DNA of 64,000 nucleotides, taken from positions 178,666 to 242,665 of the forward strand of contig CAVXXT010000008.1 in the NCBI GenBank assembly GCA_963765815.1, read 5' to 3'. Within the stretch, counting starts at the first letter, position 1, and the number at the start of each line of letters is the position of its first letter. The translations under genes and the position numbers were made by a program. Of this stretch, positions 33,141 to 42,448 are shown one piece after another. The notes below the pieces were generated by a model that was given only the letters and a program-made list of their open reading frames with translations, searched no databases and was not told where the DNA came from. The DNA comes from an uncultured Actinomycetota bacterium. Lineage in GTDB: Bacteria > Actinomycetota > Actinomycetes > BP-191.

Positions 33141-34094
33141 GTGAGTTCTGTGACACTGGGCGTGATCATCGTCACGTACAACAGCTCCGCGGTTCTGCCG
33201 CACTGCATTGAATCGCTCGCAGCCGCGCTCGATCACGCGAACGGATGCGGAATCAGCGCAGATGTCGTGATCGTCGACAACGCCTCGAGGGAGCCACCCT
33301 CGAATTCACTCGGACTCTCGTTCGAGTTGATCCAGCTAGCGGAGAACCTCGGGTTCGCGCCTGCGGTCAACATCGGCTTGGCGCGTCTTGCCGAGACAGA
33401 CTTCGTCCTCCTTCTCAACCCGGACACACGCATCGAGGCTGACTCGATCGCTCGAATGGTGTCCCTTGCGCGTGATCGGAACGCGGCGCTCGTCGGGCCA
33501 CTGCTGGTCGACGAGCTCGGGAAGCCAAACGGCTACTCGGAGAGGCCCTTCCACTCGGTGCGGTGGGAGATCGCTCGGCAGTGGATCGGCAGGACTCCTC
33601 CGATTCCGGCTGGGAAGGTCGCGCTACGTACAGGTGCCGCTCGGTGTCTCACCGGTGCATGCCTGCTCGTAGACGGCCCATTCTTTCGGCGCGTAGGCGG
33701 ACTCGATGCTGTCATTCCGATGTACCTGGAGGATGTCGAGCTCGCAGCCAGTGCCCATCGCGAGGGCTTGCCAGTCCTGCTGGACGTGAAGTCGCGATGT
33801 GTTCATGCCCTGGGTGGAAGCAGCGAGGGCAAGAGCTTCGCCACTGCGATCGGCCTGCGACTCATGCTGCTCGCCGCGCGCGTCGAGTTCGTGCGTCGAC
33901 GTTCGCACGTGCGTTCCTCGCTGCTGAGAGTGGTCATCCTCACTGGTGCACTGTCGAGGTGGTTCGTCGAAACTGCGCGGCGCAAGAGACTGGCAGCAAG
34001 CACTCATCTCGCCGTGGCTCGTTGGGCGCTGACCTCCGGGCTGCCACCCCAGTGGCCGTTGGCGGATACGGCTGACGAGCGCACCTCATCGTGA
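33141..34094 (+). CDS. Family 2 glycosyltransferase
   Basis: VTLGVIIVTYNS, VIVDNAS and LLLNPDTRI motifs. The start is uncertain (in-frame GTGs at 33069, 33141 and 33150). Confidence 0.8.
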   Translation: MSSVTLGVIIVTYNSSAVLPHCIESLAAALDHANGCGISADVVIVDNASREPPSNSLGLSFELIQLAENLGFAPAVNIGLARLAETDFVLLLNPDTRIEADSIARMVSLARDRNAALVGPLLVDELGKPNGYSERPFHSVRWEIARQWIGRTPPIPAGKVALRTGAARCLTGACLLVDGPFFRRVGGLDAVIPMYLEDVELAASAHREGLPVLLDVKSRCVHALGGSSEGKSFATAIGLRLMLLAARVEFVRRRSHVRSSLLRVVILTGALSRWFVETARRKRLAASTHLAVARWALTSGLPPQWPLADTADERTSS

Positions 34095-35647
34095 GCGTGG
34101 ACACCGAACATCAAGAAGATGCGCGGAGACTGCGCCGGCGGACAGTGTCGTTCGGACTCGGAATCCTGCTCAGCCGAGTAACCGGCCTCCTGAGGGAGGT
34201 GCTGCTCTCCCGGAGCCTCGGAACCTCTCCTGCGGCGAGTGCCATCGTCGTGGCACAGGTCTTTCCGTCCCTGCTCCGGGGTCTCTTCGCCGATGACGTC
34301 GCTCAGGGTGCACTCGCACCGGTGCTGGGCAGGCATCATTCAAGGTCGGCTCAACGTGCAGTGGTGCAGATCACGCGGTGGTCGGCAGTCGCATCAACGG
34401 TGCTCGCGGTAGCGCTCGCCCTGGTCGCATTGCCGAGCACCGGCGTCCTCATCGGAGTCGCCGGGCCTGGACTCGACGCCGGAACGTCCCTGATGGCCGA
34501 GCACTTTCTGCGCCTTCTTCTGCCTGTGGTTGCAGTGAGCGGCCTGGCTGCGTCCGGGTCCGCATTGCTAGTAGTTCGAGGTCGGGTCGGCACGATCGCA
34601 GTCCTCAATACGGTGTCGAACCTCCCGATGGTGCTCGGCCTGATCTTCCTCACACCGTCGGCGGACGGGATCACGAAGCTCCTGACTGCCGGTCTTGTCC
34701 TTCAGGCGATCGGTCTATTCCTCACGTCCGGCGCCCTTTCGCTCCGAGCGGACCTTGAGTCCGATGAGGCAATGCCGAGGGAGGAGGTGCGCAGGGAGGG
34801 GTGGAGTGCGGCGCGGCTGGCCTTGCCGGTTGCGCTCTCACTCGGCGCGGCCAACCTCTCGGGGGTCGTGGACGTCGCGTTCGCGTCGGCGATCTCGAGT
34901 GCGGCGCCGGCGGCGCTCGACAAGGCGTTCCGACTCATGCTGCTGCCGTACGGCATTCTTGGGCTTGCGGTGACCGTCGCGGCCGTACCAGCGCTTGTCG
35001 CTGCGGCGGACGGCACGGATCACGATTACCAGTTGCACCTGCGACGTGCCGTCAAGCTCCAGGTGCTCCTGCTACTCCCGGCCGCGGCCTTCCTCTTGGC
35101 CCTTGCCGAGCCGATCGTCCGCCTCGTCTATCAACGAGGCGCATTCGACGAGGGCAGCGTCCAGATCGTCACTCATGCCGTCAGGGGGTCAGCCCCACTG
35201 CTGATCGCTCTGGGGCTGAGCGCGTTGGGAACGCGAGCGTGGACAGTGCGCCGGCGACCGTGGCTCCCCGCCGCCGCGGGTGTTGTCGGTGTGGCGTTCA
35301 ACGCAGGCTTCGACGCCCTCCTCGTAGGCCCACTAGGGGTGGCGGGGATCGCCTTGGCGACGGCGCTCGTTCATGGTGCTCTGGGCGGCTTCCTTCTTGT
35401 CCGGGCCGGGCTGCTCAATCAGGGAATCTCACCGGGTCGCGTTCTGCGCTCGATGGCTCCCGGACTCTTGGGGGGTGCATTCGTCCTTCCTCTGGTCGCC
35501 GGTCCATCTCAGGTGGACCGACCGCTGGCGGCCGTGGGGCTCGGGGCGGTAGCGATTGCGCTCGGAACGTTGACTGGCGCCCGTCTCTTCCGGGTCGACG
35601 AGTATCTTGACTTTCTTCGGATCCGCCGTGGCCGCGCAGCTGCTTGA
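34091..35647 (+). CDS. MurJ/MviN-like (MOP superfamily) flippase
   Basis: GTG 34091 overlaps the GT2 stop (GTGA). 518 aa and polytopic. The N-terminus ...FGLGILLSRVTGLLREVLLSRSLGTS is MurJ-like. Confidence 0.7.
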   Translation: MSVDTEHQEDARRLRRRTVSFGLGILLSRVTGLLREVLLSRSLGTSPAASAIVVAQVFPSLLRGLFADDVAQGALAPVLGRHHSRSAQRAVVQITRWSAVASTVLAVALALVALPSTGVLIGVAGPGLDAGTSLMAEHFLRLLLPVVAVSGLAASGSALLVVRGRVGTIAVLNTVSNLPMVLGLIFLTPSADGITKLLTAGLVLQAIGLFLTSGALSLRADLESDEAMPREEVRREGWSAARLALPVALSLGAANLSGVVDVAFASAISSAAPAALDKAFRLMLLPYGILGLAVTVAAVPALVAAADGTDHDYQLHLRRAVKLQVLLLLPAAAFLLALAEPIVRLVYQRGAFDEGSVQIVTHAVRGSAPLLIALGLSALGTRAWTVRRRPWLPAAAGVVGVAFNAGFDALLVGPLGVAGIALATALVHGALGGFLLVRAGLLNQGISPGRVLRSMAPGLLGGAFVLPLVAGPSQVDRPLAAVGLGAVAIALGTLTGARLFRVDEYLDFLRIRRGRAAA

Positions 35648-35662
35648 GGTCAGAGGAACACT

Positions 35663-37156
35663 GTGAATCGCAGGTCCGCTCCGTTCGCGGCAGGCGCCGC
35701 GACGATCGTGATCGCGGTGTTGCTCGCATACTTCGCGACGCAGGCTGCGGCTGTTCTCGCCGAAGGACAGGCGCCGCTCATCACCTTTCGGTGGATCTTC
35801 CTGCTGCTCGGAGCGGGGTCGCTCGGGTTGACCGCGTACGGCTTGGTTTGGGCTCCGAGATCCAGGCAGCTCCCAGTCGTCATGCTCGGCGGATTCGCCT
35901 CGCTCATCACGTTGGGGCTTTGGAGCGACTTGTCGCTCGAACGCTACCGAAGCCTTGCCTACCCGATCGCGGCGTATTTGCCGCTTCCGACCGCCTCGCA
36001 GATCGGCACCGTCATTCTTCGGGACGGGGTCGCGTTTCTCGCTTGGGCCTACGGCATGGCGCTTGTGGGTGGTCGGATGAAGCGTCGTCAGGTGTTGGAA
36101 CCCGCGCGCGCGCAGTCGCTCGATGAGCAGTCGCACCGTCTCCGCATCGCCGCGCATGTGTTGTTCGCGATCGGATTCGTCGGCTCTGCGGTCCTTGTTG
36201 CCAGTACCCGCACGATCGCAATCTTCGAGAGGGACATCGACACGGTCCGATACGCGCAGGGGAGCAGCCTCGGTTTCGCGACGTTGCTCCAGTTCTGCCT
36301 TGTTCCTACGTGCGTGCTCTACCTCGTGGTGTTCTTCATGCGTGGTCGCAGAGACGTCGTCGCTCTTCTCCTTGGCCTGGCCGCCATTACCTTGCTTGTC
36401 ATGACTCGTGCCGAGCGAAGTCCTCTGATCCTTGTGGCATTGGGAGCGCTGTTTTTCGCCCGACGAGATGAGATCAAGCTGAACGTGCGGTCGCTTGGCG
36501 TCGTCGTCATTCTGCTAGTGGTTCTGAGCCAGCTGCTCGGACTTCTGCGCCTGCAGTCCGAGCGCACGGAACGCGATCCGCGGGAAGGTACGGTTCGTGC
36601 ACTTCTCGATGTGTCCCCCGAACTTCGGGAGCGAGCGTTCCTCTACGAGTTCGTGCCGGACCGCAAGGATCATCTGGGCTTCGACGCGGTTCCCGCACTC
36701 ACGTTGTCAGTTCTTCCAGGCCGAGTGCTATCCCTCGTCGGTGTCCAGAAGAAGGAGTCCTACACGGACTCGTCTCGCATCTACTCCCAGATGATGAGAG
36801 ATCTCGGCTACTACGAGACAGTGAAGCCCATTCGGGTCGGCATCACCGGCGAGCTGTGGCTAGATGGAGGGTGGCTTGCGCTGATCGTGGGGATGTTCTT
36901 CTTCGGCACCTTGGTGTCGTGGCTCAACAGTCTCAATCCCGCGGATCCGATTCTGCGGGCGGCAGCTGCGTTGGCATCGGCCTACGTCGTCTTTGCTCTC
37001 ATCACCCCGCTGGGGGCGCTCCTGCCGATTGCCATGGTCACGTTGTTGTCGATGATGGGCATCGCAGGACTGGTGAGTCGTCGCGTCGAGCGCGCGGCCC
37101 CCTACAGGCTGCGGAACACGCGTTCCGTCTCCTCGGCGATGCGGGGCCATGTGTAA
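35663..37156 (+). CDS. Polytopic membrane protein, probable oligosaccharide repeat-unit polymerase (Wzy-like)
   Basis: 497 aa with more than 10 predicted TM helices and a central loop, in a GT/flippase context. Its GC is low relative to the window. No diagnostic motif was recognised. Confidence 0.5.
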   Translation: MNRRSAPFAAGAATIVIAVLLAYFATQAAAVLAEGQAPLITFRWIFLLLGAGSLGLTAYGLVWAPRSRQLPVVMLGGFASLITLGLWSDLSLERYRSLAYPIAAYLPLPTASQIGTVILRDGVAFLAWAYGMALVGGRMKRRQVLEPARAQSLDEQSHRLRIAAHVLFAIGFVGSAVLVASTRTIAIFERDIDTVRYAQGSSLGFATLLQFCLVPTCVLYLVVFFMRGRRDVVALLLGLAAITLLVMTRAERSPLILVALGALFFARRDEIKLNVRSLGVVVILLVVLSQLLGLLRLQSERTERDPREGTVRALLDVSPELRERAFLYEFVPDRKDHLGFDAVPALTLSVLPGRVLSLVGVQKKESYTDSSRIYSQMMRDLGYYETVKPIRVGITGELWLDGGWLALIVGMFFFGTLVSWLNSLNPADPILRAAAALASAYVVFALITPLGALLPIAMVTLLSMMGIAGLVSRRVERAAPYRLRNTRSVSSAMRGHV

Positions 37157-38193
37157 TCGGTCTCTACCCGAATGCGCCCCGCCTTCCCGATCCGGGCCGA
37201 GGCTGGCTCATCCGCCAGCACCTCGCCGAGCACCCTCGCCAAGTCGGCTGCATCACGCGTCCGGAACGTCCGGCCGGCATCGCCCCTCGTGACCTCCTCG
37301 CACTCTGGAATGGCGGAGTGGATCACTGGTCGCGAGTGACTCATCGCTTCCAGCAGGCTCAGGGGGAGGCCCTCCATCACGGATGGCAGGACGTACGCGC
37401 GGCAGTGGGCGAAGAGCTCCTGTAGCGCGACTCCAGTGCGGAAGCCGGCGAAGATGACGCCGGGCGGTGCCGACTGCCGAAGCGATTGTTCGTAATCGTC
37501 GGCGTACGAGGCCCCGCCGGATCCGGCGATGACCAGCGGGATGTTCGAGCCGAGCTCCCGATATGCGTCGAGTAGGTAATGCGCGCCTTTCTCGGGAACG
37601 AGCCGGGCGGCGAACAAGACGTACTCGTTCGGCTTGACGTGCAACTCTTCGAGGACCGTGGTGGTCGTGACCGCGTCGGGAATGCGCACGCCGTTAGGGA
37701 TGTAATGCGATTCGATGCCGAGCCTCGAACGCAGCGCGTCCCGCAGCGTCTGGCTGACGGCGATGACGGCGTCAGCACGTCCTAGCGACAGGCGCACGCC
37801 CATTCCGAAACTGCGGCTCGCAGCGCGGCTCCACTTGTCGCGCTCCCAGTCGAGTCCCTGGACAGTCACGACCGTGGGGACACCGCGAAAGCGTGGAACC
37901 ACGCCAAGCATGCCCGGTCCTACGCCGTGGAAATGGGCGATGTCGGGCCGGTCGCGAACCACGAGCGGGAGGGACGCAAGCGTCTGGGTGATGGTGTGGA
38001 GGTGCTTGGTGCGAACGCACCGGACGCCGCGGACCCGCACGCCCTGATGCTCACGCCACAGCCCTGGGCCGTCGACGATCGCGCGAACCTCGTGGCCCCG
38101 CCGGGCGAGCTCAACCGAGAGCTGCTCGGCGGCGACCTCGAGCCCGCCGTGCTGGGCCGGGACGCTGCGCGCCCCTAGCATGTCAATCCGCAC
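37102..38193 (-). CDS. Family 4 glycosyltransferase
   Basis: 363 aa. ...GGLEVAAEQLSVELARRGHEV...FAARLVPEKG...VLPSVMEGLPLSLLEAM (E-x7-E). Confidence 0.85.
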   Translation of the reverse strand: MRIDMLGARSVPAQHGGLEVAAEQLSVELARRGHEVRAIVDGPGLWREHQGVRVRGVRCVRTKHLHTITQTLASLPLVVRDRPDIAHFHGVGPGMLGVVPRFRGVPTVVTVQGLDWERDKWSRAASRSFGMGVRLSLGRADAVIAVSQTLRDALRSRLGIESHYIPNGVRIPDAVTTTTVLEELHVKPNEYVLFAARLVPEKGAHYLLDAYRELGSNIPLVIAGSGGASYADDYEQSLRQSAPPGVIFAGFRTGVALQELFAHCRAYVLPSVMEGLPLSLLEAMSHSRPVIHSAIPECEEVTRGDAGRTFRTRDAADLARVLGEVLADEPASARIGKAGRIRVETDYTWPRIAEETERVFRSL

Positions 38194-39394
38194 GTGCCGT
38201 CCCCCCGTAGTGCCGCAGCAGCGCTGCGAGGTGCGTGTCCCAGCTCAGGTCGGCGGCGAGCCGCGTCACGTCAGCCGGTTCTACCGCTCCCGCGGCGAAG
38301 GCCTGGAGCGCAGCCACTGTCGCACGTTCGTCGCGTGGAGGCACCAGACGCCCGCCGCCGTACACGTTGATCAGCTCCGGCAGGCCGCCCACGTCGCTGA
38401 GCAGGGCCGGCAAGCCGCGAACGAGCGCCTCGAGCAGCGCAAGCGGCGCGTTCTCGGGCCAGGTCGACGTCATGACGAAGAACCCGGCTTCGGCGAAGCG
38501 TGCCTCCAGCTCGGCGCCGCCGAGGAACCCGGTGAACGTGACCGGCGCCCCGACCTCTGTCGCGATCGTTTCGAGTGCTGCCCGCTCGGGACCGTCCCCG
38601 ACGATCGTGACCGGCACCCCGGCGGCGGCGCTCGCCCGGATCGTCACGTCGAGGCCCTTCTCCGCGGACAGCCGCCCGACGTAGAGGCCGGACGGGCGTA
38701 CGGTCGATCGCGCCGAGACAGCTTCCGCGGGCATCGCGATCGGGTTGCGGAGGGTGTGCACGACGGTGCCGACCGACTTGAGCCAGCTCTCCGACATCCG
38801 ATCGGCCATGTACTGCGACGGCGCGAGCAGCGTGTGGGGGACTCGGCGGTCACGCCCCGCGCGCACGAAGGTCGCTTCGGCTGCGGCGACCGTGCTCCAT
38901 GCCAGCGACCCGTGCAGGCAGCGCCCGCCGATGCAGTGCGTCGGGTTCCCCGGCGCGCACCGGAAGCACTCTCGGCCGTCGCGCACCGCTGTGTACGCCG
39001 GGCAGATCAGCTTGTAGTCGTGCAGCGTGGCAAACGTCCGCACCCGCGCCTCGTGTGCGGCGGCGACGACGCTGCTCGACAGCTGGTGGGCGTAGTTGTG
39101 CAGGTGCACGACGTCGGGCCGGAAGGTACGAAGTGCGTCTGTCATCACCCGCTCAGCCGTGCGGGACCACATCACCCGCGCAGCGGCCGCGGCCTGGGCC
39201 CGAGGCCCTTCCACTCCGTGGAAGTCGATGTCGGGCACCTCGAAGACCGGAGCTGCCGGGGGGACGGCGCTCGGGCGCATGCACACGACCGCGACGTCGT
39301 GCCCGGCATCAGCCAGCCGCGCGGTCACATCGAGGAAGTAGTTGTCCGCCCCGCTCGTGCGCGTCCCGAACTTGTTGACCTGCAAGACCCTCAC
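38183..39394 (-). CDS. Family 4 glycosyltransferase
   Basis: GTG 39394 overlaps the upstream stop (GTGA) and is frame-checked. VRVLQVNKF...YVGRLSAEKG...TSTWPENAPLALLEAL. Confidence 0.85.
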   Translation of the reverse strand: MRVLQVNKFGTRTSGADNYFLDVTARLADAGHDVAVVCMRPSAVPPAAPVFEVPDIDFHGVEGPRAQAAAAARVMWSRTAERVMTDALRTFRPDVVHLHNYAHQLSSSVVAAAHEARVRTFATLHDYKLICPAYTAVRDGRECFRCAPGNPTHCIGGRCLHGSLAWSTVAAAEATFVRAGRDRRVPHTLLAPSQYMADRMSESWLKSVGTVVHTLRNPIAMPAEAVSARSTVRPSGLYVGRLSAEKGLDVTIRASAAAGVPVTIVGDGPERAALETIATEVGAPVTFTGFLGGAELEARFAEAGFFVMTSTWPENAPLALLEALVRGLPALLSDVGGLPELINVYGGGRLVPPRDERATVAALQAFAAGAVEPADVTRLAADLSWDTHLAALLRHYGGTARAD

Positions 39395-40794
39395 TGACGT
39401 GCGCAGATCTCTCGCAGCCCGGCGTGCACGCCGCGGCTGTCGGCCGGCGGGGTCGAGACGGGTCGGCTCGACGCGAAGACCGAGCGTCGGGTGTGACCGC
39501 CGGACAGCCGGCGCCGGGTGATGATCGGCGCGAAGACCGGCCCGTACATGTTCCACGTCGGCGCGTAAGCCGGGTCGAGCTCGAACAGCACCTCGGGGTA
39601 GTGGTCACCGCCGGTCGTGGTGCCGAGGACCTCCTCGCGCGGCCGTACCCACTTCACCACCTTCCGACCGCGATGGGTGAGGCCGTCGAGCAGGTCGACG
39701 GCGCGCTGGGTGATCGCGTCGTCATTGCCGGTCCGGATGCCGCCGAACGGGTTGGAGCCGGCGAGGTCCGGAACTCGCACCGATCCGTCGGCCGGCCGGC
39801 CCGCGAGCTTGCCGCTCTTCAGCGCGGCCTTGCCTGGCATGCGCCGCGCCAGCCAGATCACTGGGTCCTCGGCGTGACAGCGCGGCGCGTACGACAGCAT
39901 CGCGGTCTTCGCGGTCTCGATCGCCCGGCGGGCTGGGGTCGAGCCGGCGACGACGTACAGGCCCTCGCGCCGGAACAGCTCCTGCATGTTCACGCCGACC
40001 GAGGCGCGCGGGCCGTGGCCGTGATCGGAGAAGACGACGACCTCGTGGTCGTCGGCGCAGGCAGCGCGCGCCTCGTCGAGGAAGGCGTCGAGCTGGCGAT
40101 GCGCGGCGGGCACCAGGTCGGCGTGCTCGCTACCCGGGTAAGTCGGGTCGGTGGGGTCGAAATGACGCCAGGCGAAGTGCTCGATGCGGTCGACCGTCAG
40201 GTTGGTGTTGAAGACGGCGTCCCAGCGGTCGGCCTCGATCTGGCGCACGGCGTACCGATACTGCGCCTCGGCGACGGCCGCGGTGCTCGCCGCGAACTCG
40301 TCGATGTCGTCCTGCTTCGGAATGGTGGTGAAACCGCCCATCCGCGCCGGCGGTTCGCCGACCAGCCGGCCGTCCGGGTCGACAACCTGCGGCGGCAGCT
40401 CGCTGAACGACGGGCCCGAGACCATCGCACCGCCGGGCAGCGGCTCGAACGGCGGGTAGGCGAGGAACGGGTTGAGAACGGCGAGGCGCGTCCCTCGTGG
40501 CAGCGCCTGCCAGAAGCAGCGGTCCTCGAGACCGGCCAGGCTGGCGACCTCCGGGCCATCGGAGTTGTCGTCGAGGATGTAGTTCTTCGAGTGCAGCTGG
40601 CCGTGCTCCCAGGCCGGCACCCCGGTGAGCATCGTCGTCCACGAGGGGACCGAGTCCGGCGGGAAGGTCGACGCGTGCGGGGTCGAATCGGCGACCAGCG
40701 GGTGCAGGTTCGGCAGCTGCTCGGCACCGAGCCGCAGGACGACGTCGTGGTCGAGGCCGTCCACGCCGAGGACGAGGAGGCGGGTCCGGGTCAT
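39391..40794 (-). CDS. Alkaline phosphatase superfamily protein (type I phosphodiesterase / nucleotide pyrophosphatase-like)
   Basis: 467 aa. LVLGVDGLDHD, DSVPSWTTMLTG and VVFSDHGHG metal and nucleophile motifs. Confidence 0.7.
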   Translation of the reverse strand: MTRTRLLVLGVDGLDHDVVLRLGAEQLPNLHPLVADSTPHASTFPPDSVPSWTTMLTGVPAWEHGQLHSKNYILDDNSDGPEVASLAGLEDRCFWQALPRGTRLAVLNPFLAYPPFEPLPGGAMVSGPSFSELPPQVVDPDGRLVGEPPARMGGFTTIPKQDDIDEFAASTAAVAEAQYRYAVRQIEADRWDAVFNTNLTVDRIEHFAWRHFDPTDPTYPGSEHADLVPAAHRQLDAFLDEARAACADDHEVVVFSDHGHGPRASVGVNMQELFRREGLYVVAGSTPARRAIETAKTAMLSYAPRCHAEDPVIWLARRMPGKAALKSGKLAGRPADGSVRVPDLAGSNPFGGIRTGNDDAITQRAVDLLDGLTHRGRKVVKWVRPREEVLGTTTGGDHYPEVLFELDPAYAPTWNMYGPVFAPIITRRRLSGGHTRRSVFASSRPVSTPPADSRGVHAGLREICARQ

Positions 40795-41396
40795 CGCGCG
40801 GCCGTCACGATCGACGTGACGACGACGTCGAGGTCGTCGTCGCGGCGGCCGTCCAGCCGGCGCATCCCGAGGCGCTGAGCGGCGTCGCGGTAGCGCGCCG
40901 CTTGCCCGATGACCCGGTCGCCGTCGTCACCCGGCTTGAGCCTCCGGAGCAGCTCGTCGTCCTCCACGTCGAGATGCACCGCGAGGTCTGCGGTCGGCAG
41001 CCGGGACGCAGCGGCGGCGACCTGGTCGACTTTCAGCAGGCCGGCCGCCAGCTGGTCCACCACGAAGTCCAGGACGAACCGGTCCGCGATCACCACGTCG
41101 AGGTGCTGCGCCGCCCCGAGCTGCCACGAGAGCTGGCGTCGGTAAAGCGCTGTGTTCGCGCGGACCCACACCGGCGAGAGCCCTGATCGCCGCAGGACGC
41201 GCTTGACCGGGTGACCCCGGTGGCTCGACGAGACTGTGCTTGAGACCGTGCCCGCCGGCAGCTGCTTCGGGGCGTACCGCAGCCAGAGTCGGGCGACCGC
41301 GAGGTCAGGCGCCTCGCTCTCGAGTCGGTCGATGACCCGGCCGGCGAAGGTCGACTTGCCCGACCCGTCGACGCCGCTGATCGCACAGAGGAACAC
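40791..41396 (-). CDS. P-loop kinase-like protein (thymidylate-kinase-like fold)
   Basis: 201 aa with N-terminal ISGVDGSGKSTFA. It is 4-nt overlapped with its downstream neighbour. The substrate is unknown. Confidence 0.5.
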   Translation of the reverse strand: MFLCAISGVDGSGKSTFAGRVIDRLESEAPDLAVARLWLRYAPKQLPAGTVSSTVSSSHRGHPVKRVLRRSGLSPVWVRANTALYRRQLSWQLGAAQHLDVVIADRFVLDFVVDQLAAGLLKVDQVAAAASRLPTADLAVHLDVEDDELLRRLKPGDDGDRVIGQAARYRDAAQRLGMRRLDGRRDDDLDVVVTSIVTAAR

Positions 41397-41405
41397 CCGC
41401 AGAGA

Positions 41406-42410
41406 CTACCGGCCGGTGCACGGGGTGAGGTCACCGAGGCACTCGGCCTGACGAGCGAGGGGTGGCGCGTCGGTGCCGTCCGTCGAAGCGAGGTGCTCAG
41501 CCACCCGGATCAGCTCGTCATCGGTGTCGGTGAGGTGCAACCCCTCGAGATGGGACCACCGCTCGAGCGCCTCGCTGCGCCGCGCAGCGACCGGTGTGCC
41601 GTTGGCGAGTGACTCGAACACCGACATCGGCAGGCCGATGACCTCGGACATCCGCGTCGTGGGGAAGACGTAGGCGTGCGCGGCGCGGTACATCGTCGAC
41701 AGCTCGGGGCGGTCGCCGCGGTGTACGACGACGCGTGGGGCATCCGGCAGCGCGCCCGGCTCCTCGGCCCGGTAGCCGCTGACAACAATGTCGACGACGC
41801 CGTCGGAGGCGAGCGGCACCAACGCCGCCAGGTTGCGCCCAGTCCGCGCGTGGCCGACGTGGAGGTAGTGGGGAAGGTCTGTCCAGCCCAGGTCGTCCCT
41901 CGCCGCGCTCTTCGAGCGGGGGCTGACCTTCGACGCGGGGACGCGCGGTTGCAGTGCCGACGTCAGGATGCCCGCCTGGCGGAACACCCGCTCCTGCTCG
42001 GCGGTGGCGACGACCGCGACCCACCGCGCCGAGCCGAGCAGCCGCATCCAGCGCGCCGGGCGCCGGTAGTGCTGCAGCACGACGAGGTCGAGTCGGCTCG
42101 GGTTCAGCGCCAGGCGGAGAATCGCGCAGCGGACCGCGGTAGCGGTCGTGAACCCGTTCTGCGGGAGGAAGACGCAGTGCGCGCCGCGGTGCCGCCGTAG
42201 GCGCCGGACGGCCGCGGCGCCGAAGAACCGTCCGCGAAGCACCGACTCGGCGTACGAGAGCGGTTCCGACGCCGGTCCCAGGACCGCGGCGCCGTGAGCC
42301 TGCGCGCAGTGCAGGGCAATCTCGCGAGCGAGCACCTGCGCCCCTTCGTGCGGCGACTCCTTGAGGGCGTCGCTGACTACCACGACAGGCGAGGGCTCGA
42401 GTCGGCGCAT
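41406..42410 (-). CDS. Glycosyltransferase (GT-B fold, GT4-like)
   Basis: The C-terminal YVFPTTRMSEVIGLPMSVFESLANGTPV resembles the GT4 E-x7-E region. The start is ATG 42410 or 42422. Confidence 0.55.
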   Translation of the reverse strand: MRRLEPSPVVVVSDALKESPHEGAQVLAREIALHCAQAHGAAVLGPASEPLSYAESVLRGRFFGAAAVRRLRRHRGAHCVFLPQNGFTTATAVRCAILRLALNPSRLDLVVLQHYRRPARWMRLLGSARWVAVVATAEQERVFRQAGILTSALQPRVPASKVSPRSKSAARDDLGWTDLPHYLHVGHARTGRNLAALVPLASDGVVDIVVSGYRAEEPGALPDAPRVVVHRGDRPELSTMYRAAHAYVFPTTRMSEVIGLPMSVFESLANGTPVAARRSEALERWSHLEGLHLTDTDDELIRVAEHLASTDGTDAPPLARQAECLGDLTPCTGR

Positions 42411-42448
42411 GACCGCTCCCACGCTACCGGCCGATCTATCCTCATCGG

